Source of the DNA: Leptogorgia sarmentosa
Taxonomy: Eukaryota
Direction: 5' to 3'
DNA length: 64,000 bases
Assembly (NCBI GenBank): GCA_964658305.1
Contig: OZ210885.1
Location: 23,870,001 to 23,934,000, forward strand
The notes below the pieces were generated by a model. It did no database searches. It worked only from the letters and a program-made list of their open reading frames with translations, and had not been told where the DNA came from. Shown here piece by piece: positions 36,001 through 50,128 of the stretch (the stretch's first letter is position 1; the number at the start of each line of letters is the position of its first letter). The translations under genes and the position numbers were made by a program.

Positions 36001-38508
36001 CACTTTGCTCCTTTCATTTACAAATGTATCATATATTACTCTCACTTCATTAACGCCATGGCTTGAGCAGTTTTCCAAAAACGGATCTAAATTCGGATCT
36101 TCTGTCAAGATAACTTCTGTCTTAAGGGACTTAACAAATGCCTCCAAACGTAATCTTTCCATTGCTTCGTAATCTTTAGCAGAAGTCAAGCTGACCTCTT
36201 TATAGATGTTGGTGCTGAACCCTGTCCATCCAGGTAAATATTTGCCGCTATCGGATGAACTTTTTCTCCATGATAAATACAAGAAATCAGCGTTTCTTCC
36301 CAATGCCTGTTGACAGCGATGGTCTTCTTCAATTGATAAAACCCCTTTTTCTTTACTTGTGAATGGAGTTATATTGGTTTCAGGTGGCTTCATGGTGCAT
36401 TGTTTTTTACTCACAGTTGCTTTTTCGGCTAGTCCAACAAATCCGGTGTTCTGATTCTGAACGATGATTCCGTTTGCAACATGGGTAGTGCCTTTTCCAG
36501 AGGGAGTCTCTTCGTTAAAGTCATTGTTGTCCCAAACAATCTTGGCAAATCGGTTCTGAGAAATATTCCTAGGAATCTTCATGTCCCTCTGGTCTTCTTT
36601 ACAGCTGATAATCGCTAATGCGGTGTCATGGGTAGAAACGGTATCAGTCGACGCTGTGTGTCCTAAGCCATGGAGGATTTTGAGTAATCTCACCGATCCC
36701 GTCATCTGTCGAACAGCCATTCCAAGAGCCAGTGATTTGTGTGTCTGTTTCCTGCCCTTCGATTCAGCAAAAACTAGATCTTGTGCTCTAGACACTACTT
36801 TCGCATCTTCTTTGGAACTAATCTCAACCCTTTTATCTGTAGTCGGGTCGCACGTAAACCCACCATGCTAGAAAGTTATAGAACATTACAGGAATTGATT
36901 CTTTTGCATTCGCAAATCTCAGGTCATGTGAATCAGGAGGCCATTCTGTGTTAATGCCTTTACTTTCCCTAATAAGCTTTCTCATTTCTAGAGCTACAAA
37001 GTAAATATCTGTCATTTTAACTTCTTTATCACGTTCAATGTTTTGATGACCGCATTCTTCCTCCTCTGTTGAAAACTCTTCAGACTCTGAATCTATATTC
37101 CTTTCTGTCAGCTCTGTGGTACAATTGGCAACATTACCAACAGTCAACGTGTCTGAGTAAACCAATGTACCTTTGTTCATGCTCTTAGAGGCATGGAAAA
37201 TAAGTTGAGCGTAACGTGCCTGAATTCGCCTTTTCAGTTTTTCAGCTCGGTATGGCACATTGATGTTTTCCAGGGTCTGAACACATTTGATGAACTCTTT
37301 CAACAAATAGCTGAGCAGTAAAATATCTCCGTTTGCAATAATTCTTTTTTCGATGACGTTGAGACAAAACTCATCAAAAGCCGTGTCGTACAACGTAGGT
37401 CCAACGAGTTTTGTTTTTTTTGGAAAGGCATTTGGTGTATGCTTGATAGCAACGCATATGATATCTTGCTTCGATCGCGACGCAGTCTCGATTACCAATA
37501 TGAAGAAGAATACTGTCATCTTTGCGGAGCAATGCTGCTTGCTGTAATACCCCTGCATTGAGGGTTTGAGCCTGACTTAACTCTTGTTTAACACGCTTTT
37601 TAGTTGCCTAAAATGTAATGGTTTTTACAGTTAATGGATGTATCCATACATAGATAACAAATAGTAATAACCAAACATAAGAATCTACCGCATCTGTGAT
37701 GTATAGGGAGCCAGGACGTTTACAAATCAAACAAATTTGTGGTAGTACGTTGGAGGACGTTTTTCTTGCACTGGTTCCTTCTTTCTGCAACTGGCGTCTT
37801 GTACGGGCAACTTTGGCTTGGTGTAGAAGATTTGCTACATCTGATTCATGTGAGTTTTCTTCAACCGGACGCTTGAGCCTGGAATTGGCTATGGTCTTTT
37901 TTGCTCTAGCTAATTTGCTAATGTCAGTAAAAGTTCGATAGCAATGAAGATGGTAGCCACAAGCTTCGTTTATTTTTTTGCAGTTGTAAGACTTGGTTGT
38001 CATTGATTAGTTTGAATGATTCTTTTGCAACGTCGGAAAATTTTTTGTATGGTTCAGGAAGGCATAACCACTGTACTTGTACATCTTTAACCTCAGCTAA
38101 GGTTTCTTGAGTAAAACTTTTCAGTTCTCCAACTTTTTTTGCTTCGATGACTAGATGCCATTTGCCCAGGACTTTCTTGGTCCAATTAAATTTTTTTTTA
38201 AAAACAACCTTTTTTTCATGCTTCAGTAGAAATAAGTTAAAACATCATGAATTTTAAACATCTCCCAAAAGGCAACACATGCATGAATGAGTAGACTGGG
38301 ATTGACTAAATCTGCATTCGAAATGAGTGACAGTTGAAATGAAAATAAATACTAATAATACAGTTTCAAGCAAACTGCAGGCAGTAGGAGCGGGAACTTT
38401 TATGATTTGGACTCAGCACATAAAGAAATTGTCATTTTTGGACATTTTTTTCAGTTCCCAGACAGGTGAAATGAAATTGAACAATTTTTGACCACAGCAA
38501 ACGGCCTA
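33043..38508 (-). mobile_element. Academ (XPG-type) DNA transposon with both long TIRs; transposase disrupted
   Basis: TAGGCCGTTTGCT..AGCAAACGGCCTA termini with ~240-300-bp imperfect TIRs. Motifs YHLHCY, WDNNDF.EET.SG..TTH, NYSRY, LDAMA, XPG/FEN1-like SPDTDVFVI and LIGLHAF..FYGKGK, H..RANFQ..IW, and a C-terminal CKCKKGC Cys cluster. Confidence 0.88.
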
Positions 38509-39102
38509 TATAGTAGGTGGAGGCAGTGTTAGGTCAGGATCTTCTGTCTCTTCCTGTTCACCCAACAGTGTGTCTCTTCCTGTTCACCCAACAGTGTGTC
38601 AAACACTTCTTCCTCTTGGGATATTCTTTCCAATTCATCAATATTTGTTCTAAAGAAGTACAATTAATATGATAGCAATAAATCAACAACAAGAAATTGA
38701 TTACTAAAATTATTAAATGACATTAATGTGAAAATAGTTGCATCACTGTAGCATGTATATAATGTATATAATGTATATAATGTGGTTAAAAGAGAAAAAG
38801 CTTGTGAAAGGATAGTCAGTACTGATTAGTGGTTATTCAGGATTTAATAGGTTAGTTCAATCATTTGATATCCTGACTGAAAACTAAGAACATAGTAATA
38901 CCACATAGGATAATCAGACCATGCAAATATCCAGCTAAGTTATAAAGAAAATGGCAGTATATGTATACTCATAATGACGCTCATCAATATTTAATTCCAC
39001 ATCAGATTCAGAGCTCTCCAGTGGCAATTGTGTTCCTGTCAGTGTTCTCTCTTCATCTTGACTATAATCCAATCTGAGAATAGAACACAAAAAAATTGCC
39101 AC

Positions 39103-39569
39103 TGTTACGGTTGCCATTAGCATATAGCCCGAATTTAGGTAAGCGAATGCCCGATTGCGGGTGCGAATGGAACACATGGGACGTATGCGAACGGCGAAGG
39201 GCCTTTTATTGCGTGTGGTATTACTGTAGAAACATTTCGTTTACGTCAAGTTTTCTGTCCTGTTTTACATATTAAATGTGTTTTAACTAAAGTTTAACTA
39301 GCGTTCAACTAGCGTTCAACTAGCGTTGCGAGTTACTACATACGTGTGCGAGGTAAAACAAGCGAAATTCTTGTCAGTACAAACGAAGCTTCGAAGGCCA
39401 ATCTAACTCTGGCAAGTGCAGTAATACCACGAGGCGAAGCCAGGAGTTAAAGTAAACAAAATTACTCTCTAACGACATGGACTCGAAAGGTCAGGAATAG
39501 TAACTTTCACATACGTTTCGAGTGCTTTGTACGGCATATACTTGAATATATTAATAAATTGAACGTTCA
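39103..39569 (+). repeat. 5' LTR of BEL/Pao element 3a
   Basis: Starts TGTTAC, and its first ~94 bp recur at 45727. AATAAA at 39553. The 3' boundary (..GTTCA) is approximate. Confidence 0.75.
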
Positions 39570-41090
39570 TAGTACGTCATTGGCGCCATTTTGAATATTT
39601 AAGTTAATCATCGGAGAGTCATTGAAGCATGTTGTAAAGTGTTGTGTAATACGGATATGGCTCAAGAAAACGGGTCAAGGTCGCTTGATCCGATCAAAGA
39701 ATCTAATTCTAAGGAAAATACACCAGGAACTAAGCTCGAAGATAAGTTTTATGCCACATCCAAGAAATGGAGAAAACAAATAAACTATATGCAATGTCAA
39801 ATCGTAAATCAAAGAAACATACCCTCACTTGATCATCTTGTGGTTCGTTAGCCAGTACAAGCTCATCTGCACGACAAAGACGGCTCGACTTAGAGGAAGA
39901 GATTGCAACCTTGAGGGTCAAAATGAACTTGGTACGTGAGAGACAGGAAATCGATAAGGCAAACAGGTATGCACTTGACGAAATGGAACAGAGAAAATTG
40001 GAACTCCAGAATGAAGAAAGAAGGTTAATCGAAGAAATCAAAATCTCCAAAGAAAACTTAGGATTAAAGAAGAATTGGCAGAAAAGGAAGCAAGAATGTA
40101 AGCTTGCTCACGATTTGAGAACAAGGGTCAGTCAGTGGTCTTGGGTGACAAAAGTCAGAGTGACAACATGCAAGAGCACATTGAACGGTTTTTGGAATTG
40201 CAAGCAGAACTCCTAACACCCCCTGAAGGAAACAACAATGAATCAGTTGCGCCCAATCCCATGTCAAATTCCCCACAAGCAACCAACGTCATCAATGAAC
40301 CAGCTACACACCTATCCCCTCAACTAGACACATCTGCTCCAGTGTACGTTCCCTACCAAAGATTTGGTGATCCATTTACTGTAGCAACAGGATTTCTAAA
40401 GAAGCTCGAAGAATGGAAACCAATTGCGCCACACGGTGCTATTGGACTGAGAAAGTATGCAGACTTACTAGTTCAATGCCAGAAAGCAATGGAGAAAGTT
40501 AACAGCCTTAAAGTCCTAAACGACGACCAAGAGAATGTTAAAATGGCCTCCAAACTACCAAGATGGTTGTCAAACCGCTGGGCAAGATTGGTCTACAAGT
40601 CGAAGAAAGGAAAACGTTTCCCCCATTTTCCGAGTTTGTCAAGTTCCTCATCAACAAGTCAAACATAGCATGCGACCCTGTGAATCTTCGAATGGACGGA
40701 AATGAGGAAGAGAGCAAACGACCAAGGGGTCCCAAGAGACATGATCCCCTCTTCAGGCAGAAACCTGGTATGGAGTATAACAGGAGAAACTTTGCAACAA
40801 AATCCGAAAGGAAAACTTGCGACACCTGTAAGAAGTCACATCCAACTTCTCTCCACGGAGATTTCAAGGAAATTCCAAACAGGGACAAACCGAAGCCCCG
40901 AAGAACAAACTGCTGTTGCAAACAATACAGTCAACTGCACCAAATCTTGTTTCATGAGCGATGGAAGTCAAGCTCGAATAAGCTCAATGATTGTTCCTGT
41001 TTGGATGCACCATAACGACAATCCCGAAACCGAGAAGCTTGTGTACGCCCTACTGGATGATCAGTCAGATACAACGTTCATCACCCAATC
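39570..41090 (+). mobile_element. BEL/Pao 3a gag-protease remnant
   Basis: Coiled coil, LRKYADLL.QC, KLPRWL..RW, CDTCKKSHPTSLH, and protease YALLDDQSDTTFI. Confidence 0.85.
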
Positions 41091-44000
41091 TAGTACGAAG
41101 TTCTCTATCCATGAAACCACAAGAGGGATATAAGGAAGCCAGAAGACTACTTAAAGAAAAATACGGACAAAATTACAAGATAGCTACCACATATGTTGAT
41201 TGGATTGATCAATTTCGTCCAATAAAGGCAGAAGATGGTCACGCGCTTCAGCAATTCTCGGTTTTATTGATCAGTTGTAAGAACACTTTAAAAGAAATCG
41301 GTTATCTTGGAAAGGTTGAGAATCCTGATAGCCTGTTCAAGATTATTGAGAAATTGCCATTCGCTTTGAGGTTAAGGTGGCGCGATCTTGCAGATGACAT
41401 TATAAGTTGTAAATCGAGAGAAATGACCTTCGACGACGTCGTAAGCTTCATGGAGAATAGAGCAAGAGCGCTAAGCCATCCGATATTTGGCAAATTAAAC
41501 AGCGATTTAAATCCAGCTAAGCTGAATAGGTCTCAAGATCCCAAGCGAAGATTCAACTTCGGGGTTGATTATACGTCAAAAGAAACCAAGATTAAGCGCA
41601 TGATGTGTGAAGGTGATCACATCCTCCCAAGATGCAACAGCTTCAACGGTGAATCTCTCGAAGGGCGGCTGAAATTTGTAAGGAAAAAAGGGATTGTGTC
41701 ATAATTATCTCTTACAAGGACATGTAGTAAATTCTTGTCCGAAGCAAAGTTTTTGTAAAGTACCTGGTTGTCGGTTCAAGCATTCTACATTTTTACACCC
41801 AAGAGACTATACTCCAGATAAAATTTCGAAGGATAGTTCGCCCGTTCTGCCAAGGGAAGAGAATCGCGAAACCGCAAACAGCATCGCCGACAATGCACAA
41901 AATCGATGCATGAATGCGACCAAGATGGGCTCTGACGTCACCGGGGCCGGTGTAATTGCAACTGGAATGCCGATAGTACCGGTCAAGGTTAAGTGTGCAG
42001 AATCCTCCCGAGTGGTTAACACCTATGTGTTGTTGGATGCAGGCTCCAACACAACCTTCTGCACAGAGGAATTGTTGAATCAACTCGGTGTTAAAGGGGA
42101 AAGGACAACCGTTTTGTTAACAACATTGTAAAACGAGGATAATCAGATCGACTGTAAGACTGTTGGTTTGAATGTCTTTGACCTGAACGAAAATCATATG
42201 GTTGAAATACCGACAGTTTTTTCAACTCCACGATTACCAGTTAGCAAATCTAGTATTCCTCTACAAGAAGATGTTGATAAACAGGATGACCTCAAAGGAA
42301 TAAACTTGCCTAACATAAATGCCGAAATTCGTCTCCTTATTGGAAATGACGTGCCTAGAGCCTTGCAACCGAAGCAAGTCAGGGAATGCCAAGGTAACGG
42401 ACCGTATGCAGTGAAGACGATCTTTGGTTGGACAATAAATGCTCCACTGGGGAGAATTGCACGAACATGTTTGTATGCTAACTTCATTTGTTCAGACCAC
42501 AGCTTAAATCAACAGTTCCAGAAGTTCTGCAACATGGAGTTCAACAACACATTCATCGACAGTAACCCAGAGATGTCTATTGAAGATTCACGAGCTCTGG
42601 AAATAATGGAAAGCTCAGCACAGTTAAAGAACGGTCATTACGAAATAGCTCTACCATGGAAAACATCAACTCCTTGTTTGCCGAACAACCGACCGATAGC
42701 AGAGCACCACTTAGATCTCTTGAGAAGAAGATTCATTAAAGACCCTGCTCTCCACTGCAAATACTCCGACTTCATGTATGACCTACTGAATAAAGGCTAT
42801 GCTCGCCAGGTTCCCGCCACGTTGATAGAAAATCCTCAACATCCTCTGTGGTACCTATCCCACCATCCTGTTTGGAACCCAAACAAACCAGATAAAGTCC
42901 CAGTTGTATTCGACTGCGCATCAGTTTTCCATGGAACATCACTCAACGCTGAACTATTGCAAGGTCCAGATCTGACAAACAACCTAGTGGGGGTTTTATG
43001 CCGTTTCAGAGAAGAACCTGTGGCAATGATGTCGGATGTCCAATCTATGTTCCACCAAGTTAATGTGAATCCTCAAGATTATGATGCCCAGCGATTCCTA
43101 TGGTGGCCAGACAACGATCTTACCAAGACGCCACAAGAATATCAAATGTTAGTCCACATCTTTGGGGCAACCTCATCTCCATCTTGTGCGAATTTTGCTC
43201 TGCGAAGAACTGCTCAAGATAATTCTGGCGACTTTGACAATTCTGTATTAGAGACGGTGAAGCGAAATTTTTACGTGGATGACTGCTTGAAGTCAGTATC
43301 GGATGAAGAGAAAGGTATTACAACAACTGGAGATGTAACCCAATTGGTTGCTCGTGGAGGATTCCAGCTAACAAAATGGGTATCTAACTCGACAAAGGTT
43401 TTGGAGTCAATTCCAGAAAATGAAAGAGCGGGATCCATTAGAAATCTGAATTTCGATCAACCAACAGTGAAACGAGCCCTGGGAGTCAGCTGGAATATTG
43501 TGACAGATAGATTCGAGTTTAAAGTAACTATCAAAGAGAAACCATTGACAAGATGAGGAATACTCTCTATCGTAAGTTCAGTTTACGACCCCCTTGGGTT
43601 TACCTCTCCCTTCCTCCTACCAGCAGAGTTATTGATGCAGGATTTGTGTAGAAGCAATCTCGCATGGGATGATCCACTCGAAGGTAAACATGCTGAGCGA
43701 TGGGATGTCTGGTTGAAAGAGTTACCCACGATTCAAGAACTCAGCATTGGAAGATGCGTTAAACCACCTAGCACAGGAAGAATTGTATCAATGCAGCTTC
43801 ACAATTTCTCCGACGCTTCGCAGAATGGTTATGGCGCTGTCAGTTACCTCCGAGTCAAAGATGTCAATGACAACATCCACTGTTCGTTCCTTATGGGAAA
43901 GTCGAGAGTAGCTCCCATTAAGGAAATAACAATCCCTCGTCTTGAGCTATCAGCTGCCGTAGTCGCAGCGCGACTCGAAAAGATGATTCACAACGAAAGC

Positions 44001-45367
44001 GATATCAAGATCGATAGTTCTACATTCTGGACGGACAGTACATGCGTACTAAGTTGCCTATCCAGCACACAAGCAAGAGATTCAAAACCTTTGTAGCAAA
44101 TAGAGTGTCCACGATACAAGATTTCAGTTCACCTTCTCAATGGAGATACGTCGATAGTGCTCAGAATCCTGCGGACACCGCATCACGAGGTCTTTCCGCC
44201 GAGGCCTTGATAAAGAATCAAAGATGGCTGAGAGGTCCCGAGTTCCTGTGGAAACCCAAGGAATACTGGCCATGTCCTATTGATACGTTTCCATCAGTTG
44301 ATGATAGTGACCCAGAAGTAAAGAACATGCAAAATTTTGCTGTGACGCAGAATTCTAGCCCTTCTATTATGGACAGAATTATCGAGCGATTTTCATCGTG
44401 GATGAAATTAAAGAAATGTATTGCTTGGTTGCTTCGCTTGTGCCGAAATCCACGAAAGAAGATTAGCAGAGACAAAAATACAACTACCAAACCTGAGTCA
44501 ACGAAAACCATAAAACCTCTTTCAGTGGACGAGTTGAAGCACAGAGAAAGGGAAATCGTCAAATTCATTCAAAGAAGGAGCTTTCAAGAAGAAATCGATA
44601 GTCTCACCAGCCCTGCAGCCCACAATACGGTGACAAAGCCTGCGATTAAGAAATCAAGTGTAATCTACAAACTCGACCCTATAATGATTGACTCCCATTA
44701 CAGAAGAAAGCAAACACCCTGCAATCATCCCGAAAGACAGTGGTATTTCTGAATTGATTGCAACACATTTCCATCATATAGCTGGACACACTGGTTTGGA
44801 ACATGTACTCTCTTTGATAAGAGAGCACTTTTGGTTGATTAGAGCAAGTTATTCTAAAGAAGATGTTAAACAACTGTGTGAGTTGCAAGAAAAGGCAAGT
44901 GCCCGTAGCTGAGCAAAAAATGTCCGCCTTACCCTATCACCGAGTAACACCTGACAAGCCCCCGTTCACATTCGTTGGCGTGGACTGCTTTGGCCCATTC
45001 ACAGTTAAACGGGGGAGAAGTCTTGTTAAGCGCTATGGGATCCTGTTCACATGCCTTACTGTACAGATATACTGTACTGTTGGAGATATTGTATTGATGG
45101 TAAATTACAATTCCCCGAGATCTTCATGGCCACTTGGAAGAGTAATAGAAGTGTTTCCCAACCCAAAAGACAGTTATGTTCGAAAGGTCTTAGTGAAAAC
45201 GAAGAGCAACATCCTAAAACAACCGATTACCAAGCTTGTGCCTTTGGAGGCTTTAGAATAAAGCTACGTGACAATTGAATTGTTTAGATGAAGAATTAAT
45301 TGACTTTATTTTATCGTATTAAATTTATTTAGTAAATGTCCGTTTACGGAACATTTCGGGGCCGGTA
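41091..45367 (+). mobile_element. BEL/Pao 3b gag-pol, decayed, integrase core deleted
   Basis: GYKEARRLLKEKYG, CKVPGC..KHSTFLH, protease LLDAGS, YLSHHPV, FYVDD, FSDAS, TIPRLEL and VDCFGPF, which then jumps to SWPLGRV. Confidence 0.93.
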
Positions 45368-45687
45368 TGTTATTGTCGAAACCGGAATTAATAATTATGC
45401 ATGTATGTTAATGTAGTATAAAAGCCATGAGGCGGTAAATTTTTGAGTCTTCAAATTCAACTTCGACGGGAGTATGACTAAGAACTATATTTCTACCCTT
45501 CTACCCGGACAGAGAACTAAATTTGTAAGTAAATCTTATGTCTAAGTTGTTACTTGTAATTTATGTTTCCCATTTAATGTATATCGCGTAGTTATGTATC
45601 TTTATTTATTTGTATGATGTAGTTGAACCGTATTAAAGAACGAAAACTCAATGTGTTCAAATTCGTGTCCGGAGTCTCAAACCCACA
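45368..45687 (+). repeat. 3' LTR of BEL/Pao 3b
   Basis: PPT-like GGGGCCGGTA, then TGT..ACA. Unrelated in sequence to the 39103 LTR. Confidence 0.7.
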
Positions 45688-45726
45688 GTTAGTATAAATT
45701 GTGCTAATTGCAATTTAAGGGAGCCA

Positions 45727-45820
45727 TGTTACAGTTGCCATTAGTATATAGCCCGAATTTAGGTAAGCAAACGCCCGATTGCGGGTGCGAACGGAACACA
45801 TGGGATGTATGCGAATGGCG
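45727..45820 (+). repeat. Truncated 3' LTR of BEL/Pao 3a
   Basis: PPT-like AAGGGAGCCA, then a close copy of 39103-39196. Confidence 0.85.
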
Positions 45821-46127
45821 TTTTATTTTATTGCCTTTAATAGAGTGCCATAATTCTTTCTGTACTAATAAAGCTTAGCGATTCAGCCTTGCTCTCAAGT
45901 TTTACTGAACAATGGCTGCTCTACTTGTCAGGCATATGTACCTCAAAGCTCAAAATTTAACCAAGGAAGTAAACCAAGTTTATTTTATCTTATCTTTTAT
46001 ATATATATATACACATATCAGTATGTGTGTGTTTGTATATATCGTGACAAGGGTACATGTATAAATCACAGAGATCTTTTGTGAAAACATATATATATAT
46101 TGTTGGATAACACTGAAATTTAAGCCA

Positions 46128-49100
46128 ATGCTTGATAACGGTGCAACAGAAGCGGAGGTAAGAACAGCAATACAGGACACTGTGCTTTGCTATGATAATA
46201 TGTGTCATGTCGACCACATGAAGATTGCAAGAAAAGATCTCCCAGGCGATTGCAAAAAACTTGATCTGAGTGATTTGACGGTTCGTTGGTATCAAAAGAC
46301 TAAATCTTTAACTATATCTGGCGAGAATACTACAGTAGACAAGCACCTGGCTCCGAATAATAATAGCGAGGAAAGCAGCGTACAACAGAACGTTGATGAC
46401 GAGTTCGCAAACGACTTTGTCAACGAAGCTATGTTCGGCAAAATTCAGGTATTACATAACACGATTGACAAACCAAAGACGATCCGGAAAGTTATCAAAG
46501 CGATATTGCTTGCAATCAGAACGAACAGACTGCTTCCGTCTTGGTCCATAATGAAATGCAAAGTCTCGAAGAACGGCTACAACAACAGATTGACAAGTTG
46601 GAACGAGATTTTCAAGGTTTTAAATCAAAGAGCGCTGTAGGAGTTCAAGATCATTCCACTGCCCTCAAAAAAGAAAACCTTGCGCTAAGGGAAGAAAATG
46701 CAACCTTAACCAAGAACTTAAACAACTATAAAATTATAGCATCTGATTTAAATGCCAGAATCAAGAGTCTCGAAAAGGAGAAAAGTAGCCTAATTACGGT
46801 CATATAACAAATCTTTTTTAATCAGCACATGGTATATGAGTGGGCATTACTTCTGGGCAAATGTGATACCGAAAATACCGAGTTAATTATCGTTGGAGAT
46901 CTTAATTGTGATGTTGGTAAAATTCCGCCTGATCCGCAGACACAGAAGTTGAAATTATTATGCGCCCTTTATCAAATTGATCAACTAATAACTGAGCCAA
47001 CGAGAGTAACACCAATGTCAGCAACTTTAATTGACCTGATCTTGACAAATAGACCGGAATCTATTTCAGAATCCGGTGTTATTCACCTTGGAATATCTGA
47101 CCACAGTTTGGTCTACTTTGTAAGAAAATTTATTCTACTGAAGTCTAGAAAAATTGCCAGGGAAGTCCGCAATTTCAAACATTTCGTTGAAATCGATTTT
47201 ATTCAAGACATATCACTGCTTCCCTGGCATATTGTAACTCAATCTGAGAATCCGAATATTTGCTGGCAATTGTGGAAATCGCTCTTTCTCGAAGCTCTTG
47301 ACAGACATGCCCCTCTTCGAAGTAAGAGGTTAAAGGATAACCCTGTTCCGTGGATTACTCCTAATATCAAACAGCCTATGAGAAAGAGAGACTTCCATAA
47401 AAAACAGCCAGTTAAACATGATTCACATGCCCAATGGGAATTATACAAATCTGAACGAAATAAAGTGAATATACAGATGCGGCAGGCAAAATCAAAATAT
47501 TTCTGCGAAAAAATTCAGGACTCCTCTAAAAAAAGTTGGTCCCTAATAAATACTTTATTAGGCCGAAAGGGAAAACAAACCAACGTTAAGCAGTTTATTA
47601 TCGATGATATCATTTCGGACGATAAATCTATTGCTGAATCCTTCAACGATTATTTCATAAATGTTGGAATCAACATTGCAACTGAATCAGAACAATTATA
47701 TAACATTTCGAGTGACGACCAAATGCCTGAAGCAAACATCGAACGCTACCCTGACATATGTTTTAAATTTGCCAATATTAATGTAAACAATGTTGCCACA
47801 ACTTTAAGTAATTTAAAAGTTTCTAAGGCAACTGGAATGGATAATATACCTGCCAAAATTCTAAAAATGTCATCGTACATAATTGCACCATCACTTACAG
47901 CCATTTTTAACATGTCTCTGAAATCTGGCATATATATAGATGAATGGAAATTGGCTAGAGTAATCCCTATTTATAAATCTGAAAATAGAAGTTAATGTGA
48001 AAATTATCGACCAATATCCATTCTGCCGGTAATAAGCAAAGTCTTTGAGAGAGAGAGGTTTTTAATCAAATATATAGATACCTAAATGAGAATTCTCTAA
48101 TATCAAAATTCCAATCAGGATTGAAGCATGGAACAGAGACTGCACTTATTGAAATGTGCGACCAATGGTTGACAGACATGGATAATGGCAAGATAAACGG
48201 AGTCGTTTTTCTTGATTTACGTAAAGCTTTTGATTCGATTAACCATGCGATCTTATTAAGCAAGCTCAAACATCAATTTGGAATCTATGACATGGAATTA
48301 AAATGGTTTGAATCATACTTAACAAAAAGGAAACAAGTGTGTTTTGTCAACGGTCAAACATCATCGCCAAATGAAATAATGTGTGGAATCCCCCAGGGCT
48401 CTATACTTGGGCCATTATTGTTCTTATTATATATAAATGACATGACAGATTATTTAGAAAAAACAACTCCGTATCTTTATGCAGACGATACTGAAATATC
48501 GTCTTCTTCGGACAATTTTGATACTTTGATTGAGAATTTAAATTTCGACTTGAACAAAATCCGAACTAAAAATAAGCTTAAACATCATCCCACCAAATCT
48601 AAGGTTATGTTCATTGGATCATCGCATAACTTAAATAATAAAGTCAATGAAAATCGTGTTCTATTAAATAATGACCCAGTTCTGCGAACAAATACGTTTA
48701 CATGCTTGGGTGTAGACTTGGACGAAAAATTGAGTTGGGAGGAACACATTGACAAAATATGTAGCAAAGTGAGTGCAGGAATTGGGGCGATGAGGCGCAT
48801 AAAACCCTATGTCCCAGCCGCAATTTTACAAACTATTTACAGGTCATTAATATGGCCCTATTTTGATTATTGTTCCCCTTTATGGGACAATTGCGGTAAA
48901 GTACTCCAAGATAAACTGCAAAAATTCCAAAATCGCGCGGCAAGGATTATTACTGGAGACAGCTACGATGTTAGATCCGCTGATATTCTTGATACCCTTG
49001 GTTGGGAAACACTTGATGTAAGAAGATCTCGAAATAAATTGGTATTAATGTATAAAATACTGAAAGACCACACTGCCTCAAATCTCAAAGATCTATTCCG

Positions 49101-49820
49101 TAAGAGAAATGTAAGTCAGAAGACATATATAGCCTTCGAAATAGCGAAACAGATTTAACGCTAATAAAACCCAAAACTGAATTCCTAAAGAGAATTCTTG
49201 GGTACAGTGGTGCTGTCTTGTGGAATGATCTTCCATGAGAACTTAAGCAAGCCCAAACCATAAGTTCTTTTAAAACAAAGATAAAGCATACATGACTGAA
49301 GCTTCAACATTTCTAATATCTTTTGTTCTCTTGTTCTCTTTTAACATTCATATATACCAGTAAATAACTCTATATTTGTAAATATTTCTATACTTTTCCA
49401 TATATTTTTAGTAATTGTGTGACGCCCCTCGTGGAAATCAGCTATTTGTAAAAAGTTGTCTGAGGCCAGCATGTTTAAATAAAGTTTTACATACATACAT
49501 ACATACCACTAAATACAGCTTGGAAAGACATCGTCAAAGTAATCGACAGACTACATCTGCGGAACCACAAAGATCCGCGCTGTAAAGTAAATTACAATCC
49601 GGATGGCAAAATTCCACCCACTTTCAATTCAATGGCCGCTGAACAAACATTTGTTTTGGCAAGCAGGATGAAAAAAATTGTTTGTGCAATGCCAAGATTG
49701 CATCACTTCTTCTATCTACATCGTGCTATCAAGCGGAGAAACAAGTACACAGAAAGATGGCATTTATGTAATAAAACACCAGTGCTGCCAAATTTAAACA
49801 AGGACCATTTTAATGAGTGA
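46128..49820 (+). pseudogene. KDZ (Kyakuja-Dileera-Zisupton)-like transposase C-terminus, split by a LINE (46128-46244 and 49506-49820)
   Basis: LCYDNMCHV..RKDLP joins in frame to LNTAW..KVIDRLHLRNHKD..C..NYNP..NSMAAEQTF. This fits the YD..C / D..H..NH / N...EQ pattern of KDZ-type transposases. Confidence 0.75.
46245..49505 (+). mobile_element. CR1-group LINE: ORF1 remnant, APE C-terminus and RT, with (ATAC)n tail
   Basis: Coiled-coil ORF1 piece. GDLNCD, LIDLILTN, ISDH, DLRKAFD, GIPQGSILGP and YADD. AATAAA followed by (CATA)n at 49489-49505. Confidence 0.93.
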
Positions 49821-50025
49821 AAACTTTAACAGTGAAAAAGAACATCTGACATAAAGTGCGTTGTTTAGTCTAAGATAGTTTAGTCTTTAGTCTATGTAGC
49901 TATTTCAATTCAGGTTCTAATCGTTAAATGGCTTTATGCATTTCCGCCACGCATTTCGGTTGATACAAGGACAATAGCCTTCCTTTTCTCGACGTTCTAA
50001 TCTGATTTGTCAGTTATTATCTTTT

Positions 50026-50128
50026 ACTAGAAAACTCGATTTTATAAACATTAAAAGAAACAACAAAACAGGATTGACTAGAAAACTCGATTTTATAAAC
50101 ATTAAAAGAAACAACAAAACAGGATTGA
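50026..50128. repeat. 51-bp direct tandem duplication
   Basis: actagaaaactcgattttataaacattaaaagaaacaacaaaacaggattg occurs twice. Confidence 0.9.

Noticed and set aside
46128..46640. 170-aa ORF as one real protein
   Set aside because: It is a chance in-frame fusion across a LINE insertion junction.
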